A DNA stretch of 64,000 bases from Bugula neritina (lineage: Eukaryota; Animalia; Bryozoa). The notes under the pieces were generated by a model. It was not told the origin of the DNA. It was given only the letters and a program-made list of their open reading frames with translations, and did not search any database. Positions 13,501 to 22,500 of this stretch are shown in pieces (positions within the stretch are counted from its first letter, which is position 1; the number at the start of each line of letters is the position of its first letter). The stretch covers positions 32,726,773 through 32,790,772 of the forward strand of contig OZ037766.1 in assembly GCA_964035545.1 (NCBI GenBank), written 5' to 3'. The position numbers and the translations under genes were made by a program.

Positions 13501-16500
13501 TCGTTCCAAGGCCTTGTAGCACAGAGCGGATAGTCCTTATCTGCCTTTCCCACACTCCTCCAAAATTGCTAGAGTGAGGAGGGTTGAAATTCATTGTGAT
13601 GTTCATAGATTTAAGTTTGCTGTCGGTCCCATCACTTTGTAGAAGACTCGCGGCACCAATGAAGTTGGTACCTTGGTCTGATTGAATTGTCTGAATTGGA
13701 CCCCTAATGGCTACCACAGTCCTGATAGCGTTTATAAAGCTGTCAGTAGTCATGTCCTCTAAAAGTTCAATGTGAACAGCTCGTGAGGCCATACATGTGA
13801 CTATCAAGCCATATCGTTTCGATTCCTTTCTACCATCCTTGACAATAAAAGGGCCGAAACAATCTAATCCACAGTGGGTGAAAGGAGGGGCTTCGTTAAC
13901 TCTCACTGATGGTAATGTTGCCATTTGTGGTGTCAAGGGTTTAGCTTTGATTCTTTTACATGTTACACAGAGACGTAGCTTTGATGAAATTGTGGATTTA
14001 CCACCGATGATCCAAAATCCCTGTGATCTTATTTTAGACAGAGTATACTCTAAGCCAAGATGTCCTAGTTTTGCATGTGTGTCATTTATGATAAGCGTAG
14101 TGAGATGACTATGCTTAGGTAAGAGTAAAGGATGTTTTTCTTCGAATGATAGCAATTTACTGTTTTGTAGCCTTCCTCCCACCCTGAGTAGACCCGCCTT
14201 ATCTAGAAATGGGCATAGTTTTGCAATGGAGCTATGCTTAGATGTAGTCTGAGTTTGTTGGAGTTGCTTGATTTCTGGAGTGAAGAATTCTGATTGAACT
14301 GACTTGACCAAAGAGTGGAACGCTTTTTGGCGTTTCTCTTGCTGAGTGAGAGGGGTTTTGCATAGTGCTGTTTGGATTCTAGCAATAACCTTAAGAGTGT
14401 AATCTAGGTTAGAGAAAATGGTTATACGCTGACTAAGAGGAGCAAGGATGTGTTGAGTGGCTAATGAAACTTTCACTTCTTGATCGTCATGTGAGTTGAT
14501 GAATTTTTTCTGATGAGGGAGTATGAGAGGTTCATTCCACAAGAAGTCTGGTCCTGTGAACCAAATGCACTCAGGAGAGAAAATTTGCTTTGGTGATAAC
14601 CCACGTGATGCATGATCTGCAGGGTTGAGTTTAGTTGGGACATGAAACCAGTTGTCAGCATTGGAGCCGTCACGGATTTGCTGAACTCGATTTGCAACAA
14701 ATGTGTGATATCTAGCCTGTGTGTTCTTTATATAACCAAGAACTACTTCTGAGTCAGAATAAAAGTACTGAGCTACATTGTCCATACCTAGCTCTTCTGC
14801 TGCCTTGAGGCTTAAATCTACAGCCCCACGTGCTGCTTGAAGTTCCAATCTGGGAACAGTAATAGCTTTGAGCGGAGTGACACGACCTTTGCTACAGATT
14901 AAAGCAACATGCACACGTTTGGCTGGGCTTACAAATCGCAAGTAGGAGCATTGGCCGTAGCCCGTTGTACTCGCGTCGCTAAAGGTATGGAGCTCAACCT
15001 TAGCAGGTGTTCCAAATGATGATGGTACGTAGTTTCTAGGAATTGATAGGTGTTCAAGATCGTTGAGGCTTTGTTTCCATGGCAACCATTTTGCCAGCAT
15101 GCTTTCATCTAAAGGATCATCCCAGTCTAAATGTTTTCTGCAAAGATCTTGGAGAACCATTTTACCTTGCAGTATAACCGGTGATATGAGGCCAAGTGGA
15201 TCAAAGACCGAGGCTACATTTGAGAGCACACCTCGTCTAGTGTTGGGCTTATCAGCGAGATTAACTTGAAACTGAAAGGAATCTTGCTCAGAATTCCACA
15301 TCAATCCCAAAGTTCTTTCAGTTGGAAGACAGTCAGAGTTTAGGTCAAGATCATGCAGAGTTGCAGATTGTTCAGATTTGGGGAATGAATTTAATACTTC
15401 TTTCTCGTTAGAAAGAATCTTGTGCAAGTGTACTTTACCTTGTTGGCAAATTCTCATTGCCTCAGTAAGTACTTTTGTTGCAGATGTTGCGTCAGGCATA
15501 CTAAGCAAGCCGTCATCCACATAGAACTGATTTCTAATGAAGTTTCGGGCTTGTTGACTTGATGGATCATCTGTGCTGTATTGGTCAGCCAGATAACGTA
15601 GGCCATATGTTGCACATGCAGGAGACGAGGTCGCTCCAAACACATGCACTTTCATGCGGAACACTGCTATTTCACCACGTTCATCTAGCCAGAAAAATCG
15701 GAGATAATCTGTATCTTCCGTTGCAACACGAAATTGGTGAAACATTCGCTCAATATCACATGTAACAGCAATCTGTTCCTGGCGGAAGCGAAGGAGGATA
15801 CCAGTTAGACTGTTTAGATGATCTGGACCTGTCATGAGATAGTCGTTTATGCACTTTCCATCTGTCTTTGCAGCACCATCGAAGACTACTCTAATCTTGC
15901 CTGGCTTCTTTGGATGCCATACCTCGAAATGTGGTATGTACCATGTGCTGTCCTCATGGCTAGCTAAGCCTTGTGGAACTATTTCAGCCTCACCCTTGCT
16001 AATGAGGTCTTCCATGAACTTTTTGTACTGGTTTTCCAAGTTTTGATTCTTAGAGAACTTTTTCAGTAGTGAATTGAATCGGTTTTTTGCTGTTTTAAAA
16101 CTGTTATTTCGTGGTGGTTTGTGTTTGAAAGGTAGAGGCATGGTGACATGACCATCAATGATCTTTGTTTCTTGTTTCATGAGAGACAAAAATGCTCGGT
16201 CTTCTACAGAAGCCGCTTCTTTGTCTGTTACACATTCCTTGAAATCTTGAGCCAATATATTTATTATTTTGTTAATTTGTTTTGATGTTTCAGTTTGGCA
16301 TTTGAAAGATACCGTGGTTTTAGCTTTCTTGGGTGAATGAGTTACGGTTTTATTGACTATTGTTGTTTTGCTGCCTGAATTGTCATCATGTGTGTTATTT
16401 GTAGCTAGACTACCCATGATAACCCACCCTAGGTCAGTACGTACGCCAAATGGTTCATCGTCTGCGTCGTTTCCCACTACTACCTCTCTAGGTTTGAAGG

Positions 16501-19500
16501 CTAATGGGCAGTTGCCTCCAATGAGTAGACCTACTGAAATGTTTTGTCCCTTGACCATGTTTTTTGCCAAGTCTTGTAAATGTGGCCAGGCGGTAAGAGC
16601 ACCCGCCTGTGGAATAGACTCATACTTAGCAGGTATTTCTTCTGCAGAATACACATTAGGAAGTTTCACCTCCTTATTGCAGCTATATCCTTTGATGATT
16701 AGGTCATCGGTTACCATTGTATCTAGCTCAAAGTTTTGGTGTGTCATTGTTGCCATTGGCAGTTTAGTTGGTTTTTTGGTGCATGTGAGTTGTTCAACAA
16801 TAGAATTGGTTATATAACATGAGTCGCTGCCTGAGTCAAGGTTGGCATATGTTAATACTTTTGTATGTGGATCTTTGACAGAAGAAACCCAAACAGGAAG
16901 AGTCATAGACATGAGTGTTTGTGATGTATTTATGGAAAGATTATTGCATACTGTGCTATCTTTATTTTGGTTTGAACATTGCATTTTACTTTCATCTGCT
17001 TGCTTTGTGGGTTGAGATGTGTATTTCTGGTGAAATATTGTGGGATGAGCTTGCTTACATGTCTCACATACTGGTTTCATGTTGCAGTTTTTGTAACTGT
17101 GACCGCTTACGGCACATTTGAAACATAAGCTGTTGCTAGCAAGGAAGTCATTTACTTGTTGAGCAGAAAGTTTTGCTAAATTCCAGCAGTGAGCAGTGTG
17201 GTGTTTCCATCTGGGTTTTTTGTTTGAGAGGCAGTATGCACATTCTGGTTCTTTTCTCTGCTTTTGGTCAAATGACAGGCTGTTTTGTTGTTTTGCTGAC
17301 TGGCTGTCAGTGTGTTGTGACTTATTAGCATGTTTTTGTTGATTTTTGACTAATTCTGAAGTTTTTGAAACTAGTGGTGTTGGTAATGTTGTTTCAGATT
17401 TTAATGTAATTGAGTGTTTGCTGTTGTTTTGTTTGGTGTATGGCTTGAATGCAGTTTTACTGGACCCACTTTTATATTTTTCTCTCAAATTGCTACAAGA
17501 AATTTTAGCCTCATGTGCTACAAAGTCTGCAAATTTATGAAAGGAAGGGAACACTTTTCTCTTTTCCTCCTCTGCAATGGCATGTCTTAACCATCGTTCT
17601 TGAAGGTTGTTGGGCAGAACACTCGCTAGCTTTTTGTTCTCCCGTTTTCTGTCCAGGACTTTCAAACCAGATATCTGCCTTGAGGCAGATAGACATTGGT
17701 TTAAGAAGTAACTGTAACTCTTGAGAGATTTGGCATCAGTTACTCTAGGCCATGCTTCTAGTCGGTCTAGAAACTGCTCTTCAATCAGCTCTTCCGAACC
17801 AAACTCAGTTTCGAGAGCATGTAATGCATCTTGATACGCATTTGAACTTTGCAATGAAAAATAGCCCCTTATAGCCTGCTTGGCATCGCCATCCACATAC
17901 TCTCTCAACAAATGGAGCTTCTGTAAATCGGTATATGGACAAGAACCAATCAAACCATCAAAGGCCAGCTTCCAATCTGCGTACTCAAGCGGATCACCAG
18001 TAAACTTGTCAGGAGTGGGAAGATGATTGGCTTGCATTGTCATAGCGGCGGCCATTGAGTCACCTATACTCTTCCCTATAGCAGCAGAGAAATCTGTAGT
18101 GGTCAGATTGGTAAGTGGGTTAGGTGATTGCAAGTGTGTATGTGTGGGATGAGTATTTTGGTGTGCGGGAAGATGAGCAGCTGAGTTGACTTGTGGATAT
18201 TGTTCATAAGGATCTTTGTGGATACCTGGGCTTTGGTGAGGCAACTCCTCCTTAGTCATTAAAGACTGCTTTATATCGTGAGCTGGTTGACCTCCAGTTG
18301 ATGGGAATTGATTTGAGAGGTCAATATGATGTGGAGAATGCAGAAATGGTGAAGGCTTCGATGAGTTATGAGATGCTCTAGAAGGGGGTCTCATGAGAGT
18401 ATCTCTAAGCTCAGTTTCAAGCTCATCGTCTAGGGCTTGCTGAAATGCATTTAGCTGAGCTTTCTCTGCATCGATTTCAGCTTTGAGTTTCAGCTCGGCA
18501 ATGTGGCCTTTGCGAGTGAGGATTTGCTCTTTGTGCTTGAGCTCAAGACGCTGTATTTCCTCTTCAACCTGCCGAGCTTCACACTCTGCTTGAAACTTTG
18601 CTTCAGCAGCAGCAACTTTAGCCGCAGATTTAGCTAATTGAGCTTTATAGTATGATGCGTTAGATTTGGAAGATCTAGATGTACCAGTAGTTCTTGTTTT
18701 CCAAGAACCACTAGCGGAATCAGGTGCATGAGATGAGGATATGTCACTAGCTCCAGAATGTCTAGAATTGCCAATATGGTGACTAGAATGATGAGATTTC
18801 TTTGACTTGGAGTGATTAGATTGATAATCAGAACTATGTACGCTGACGGATTTGGCAGGCCCAGCGCGTTCCGACTCAACTGAATTTTTTGACTTACTCG
18901 AGGAATGACTAGCATGCGATTTGACAATTTTTGAATTATCTGAGGGAGGGATGGATGGTAACACGCGAGATCTTACATCAACTTTTGCTATTTTGAAAGT
19001 GCTATTTTCGCCGTCAGAACTATTGGCGTCCATTTCATGAAGCCAATGCTCAAGTTTTGTTAAAATAGTTTTTCTATCGCCTGCAATACGATCAAATTCA
19101 CGCAGTATATTTCGCAGCTTCTCCTCACTTATACCTAAACCGCGAGCTTCTGTTAAATGTTGTTCGGCTTCTTGTACAGTTTGATTGTTTAGAAGCTGTT
19201 TTCGCAGCTCTTTTGCGCGAATTAATGTAATGTTGTCCGCCAATTCTTGAGTTACTAGCAAATGGAATTCACTAATAATTTCTAATGATATTTTTATATG
19301 CTCTAAGTGTTGCTGAACACGCAGCCGTGCGCTATGATAATGACTCATAGGCTACTGAATTTGAGTGCCAGCCAATGAAATTAATTGCTCTCAAAAAGTT
19401 TCTAATGTATGATTGTGCAATAGTGCATGCAAAACTAAGTAGTATTTGTCTAATATATGTAGCTGAATTTAAAAAATGAATACTGCACCTACTTGCAGTA

Positions 19501-22500
19501 TAAGACTGCCTCTATATGTATGATTTCACTATTACACAAGTAAATTTGATACCTAGTGTCAGTGATAAATAATATAAAGAACAGATTTACAGAATGAGTA
19601 TAAGGAAATGATTCCCTATGACTACAAAAAGACAAATATTTTCAATATTACAATACCCAGAAAAGAAATTATTTTTTAATCAAGTCTTGTGTGATAAAAA
19701 AGTAGTTTCTGTGTAATGTTTGATCAAAGCTAGCAACGTTCTACTGAATTCCAATGAGTCTGATACTGCTAATTTGTGTGATTAGCAGTGAATGAATTCT
19801 TAGAAGTAATGGTTACTTAGCTGTAACTTGTATGTATGACAGGAGTGTGAGTGCTGGTTACTATAGTGGTTGGCAGTGTAGCTATTGTTGACAATGCTGG
19901 AGACTTGGCAGTAGAGTTGATGGATGCTATACTGATCTAACAATGCTGAGGCTGGATCGGTAGTTGTCTTTTCTAGCTGCTGTTTGTCTCGCTGGTCTCA
20001 AGTTAGCGCAAGCCACTGGTTGTAGGATTAGCAAGCTGTTTACTCCAGTCACAAGTTTTCACTGTAAACTATCATCCCTGGTTTGTAAACAGGCACAATG
20101 TGGTCTTCAGTCTCTACTGATGTTTTATTGGTAAAACTGTCGTGAAAACTACAATTAATGAAATTGTGAATATGCTATAATGAATGATAATATGTGATAA
20201 AACTTTTATCAGTGATAATTTGACACTAACTAATAAGCTTCAAGTAAAGAACAAGTCTTGCTATAAAAATCAGTATACACCATCTAAATTATTAAAATTG
20301 ATATTAAAAAAGATAATATAAATGCCATAAATGATTGTCAAAAATACTACAATAACAATAATTACCTTGTTAGACCATCCAGGAATGGAGCTTATAACTT
20401 TGATGTTAATGTAGTAGATATTTATTCTCTACTTTGACAATATTGATTTAAATGCAACAAAATATTTAATATAACATAAGTGAAAAGTTACTCAGCAGTC
20501 TATGCTACATGTTAGCTGACTGAAAGTGTAGCATAGAATGAGAGCTGAGAGTAAAATATACTTCAATGGATGAATCATTTCAGGAAGCTGATGGTGTAAA
20601 AAACTATTTATATAACTTAGTCATAGTGAAATCATACACATGAGGAAATCTTGTTGACTTTCGTGTGCAAATTTGTCATAGCTATAAAAGCAAAACAGCT
20701 ACATATACATGACTAATGTAATGGTTTTCTAATTATGGGCACGTTGGTTAACTTTGTTTGTTTTGATGAGAGCAAGAAATTTCACTGGCATTCCAATTAA
20801 TTACACTAGAGCTCTGAACCCAGATCAAATTACTCTCATTTTCAGCAATATTCACCTACCAAGCAAAACAAACAATTAGGATTTTAAGACTGAGTACATT
20901 TGTTACAGTAGTTTGAGAATTGATTTGTAGTAGAGCAAAACCTACCGTGTACCAATTATCCGTCACAATTTCCTTCATTGAAAAGCAGTAGAAGTACCAC
21001 TTGTACAATTCTGTCTCAAAATCAATAACAGAGATGACCTTGCCTCTGCTTACAAAGGTCATTCTACTGTTCCTCAATTCAAAGACAAACCAATTGTCTT
21101 GCTCTAAAAAATAATACTGAACTATGACAAGCAAGTTGTTTTACTTTGTCAAACCCGCACACATCTTGATTTATTTAATATTTAGTTTGATGCAAATAAG
21201 TCTCTTAAAACTGGTAATAGAAAACATTGTTTTTATATTTTATAAACTAAGTCATTATATGTAGGCTACCTTGTTTGAAGGATACGTGTTGTTGCTTTAT
21301 TTTTAAATATTGTAAACCAATACTATAGGCTAAATGTTGAATGTTAAATGTCATTATTTCCCACACCTGGCGTAGCAATGCTAAGAATTGTACTTCCTAT
21401 AGCGTCATTCCAGCTATCAATTTCAGCCCAGAAACAGATGGTGAAGTTGATACCGGGCATAGTGACATTGGCTCCAGCCCAGTTGGTGACATCACGAACT
21501 TTATTAGTTAGAATGTAGCTACCTGGCATTTCAATATCTACTAAGTTAAAAAACCGCTAAAAAGCTCTGAAAAATATAAATAAACTTGAAAAATATTGTT
21601 TTAATGCAATTATTCATTAAGCTAAATAGCTTTTCCATCAGTCATATACAAAGACAGTGCAATAGGCAGGGCATGTATAAGACGCGTTTATTATATTTAT
21701 AGAATGCATATATAAGGAGAGTAGAACTAGAGGATAGAGTGATATTGTTTGTAAAGTATAGCTAGTAAGTTAATGAATGATATGTTTCTTATTCTAAAGT
21801 CACAGCTGTATGGAGTACAAACATGCTGATGTTTGCATTAATTTATTGCAGGGTACTTAAACTTGCTGGTACCTTCACATACTGATACCTTCACATTCTG
21901 ACACCTTCCCATACTGATACCTTCCCATACTGACACCTTCACATACTGACACCTTCACATACTGATACCTTTATATACTGACACCTTCACATACATTGAA
22001 TCAAAATACAGGATACCTGGACAATATTTTTGCCTATTAAACTTAAAGCTAAACTGTTACTATAAATGACCACTATATATAACCGTTGTATTATAACGCA
22101 GGACCTAAAGTAAAACTGTTAGGCTCAAAGAGTTTGTGGCGTTGAATATTATAAGCTAACAGTTATTAGTAAAACACTCTAGCTTTCTGAGCAATATGAA
22201 ACTGTACTTTTACGCCATTGTCTATTATCTGTATGCAACAGCAGCAATTTATATCAAATCTTCTTCAATATCACCATCCAGGCCCTTACAAACCAAGTAC
22301 CAGAAAGAGCCCTATTGGACAGTGCTGGTTGCAAATGACCTAGTTTTGTGTGACAGGAAATTAGACACCATGGAAAAAAGACTGGAGCTATTGAAGCGAG
22401 TTCCAAACTGAGCAGGGCAATATTGAACATATGGTAGAGGCTATGGTAGCACGGCAGCTAATTTGAGAATAGAAAAGGATGATGAGAATGGGTATGCTGA

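Larger units (their letters stand above)
12190..20805 (-). mobile_element. Full-length BEL/Pao LTR retrotransposon (Suzu-like motifs), very recent insertion
   Basis: Two 743-bp direct repeats (12190-12932, 20063-20805) with TGTAA...TTACA ends; 5-bp TSD CTAGA at 12185-12189 and 20806-20810; single gag-pol ORF; PPT adjacent to the 3' LTR. Confidence 0.98.

Noticed and set aside
13251-17724. Short plus-strand and alternate-frame ORFs inside the retrotransposon
   Set aside because: Shadows of the gag-pol ORF; no env or accessory gene is evident, and the ORF ends 47 nt from the 3' LTR.
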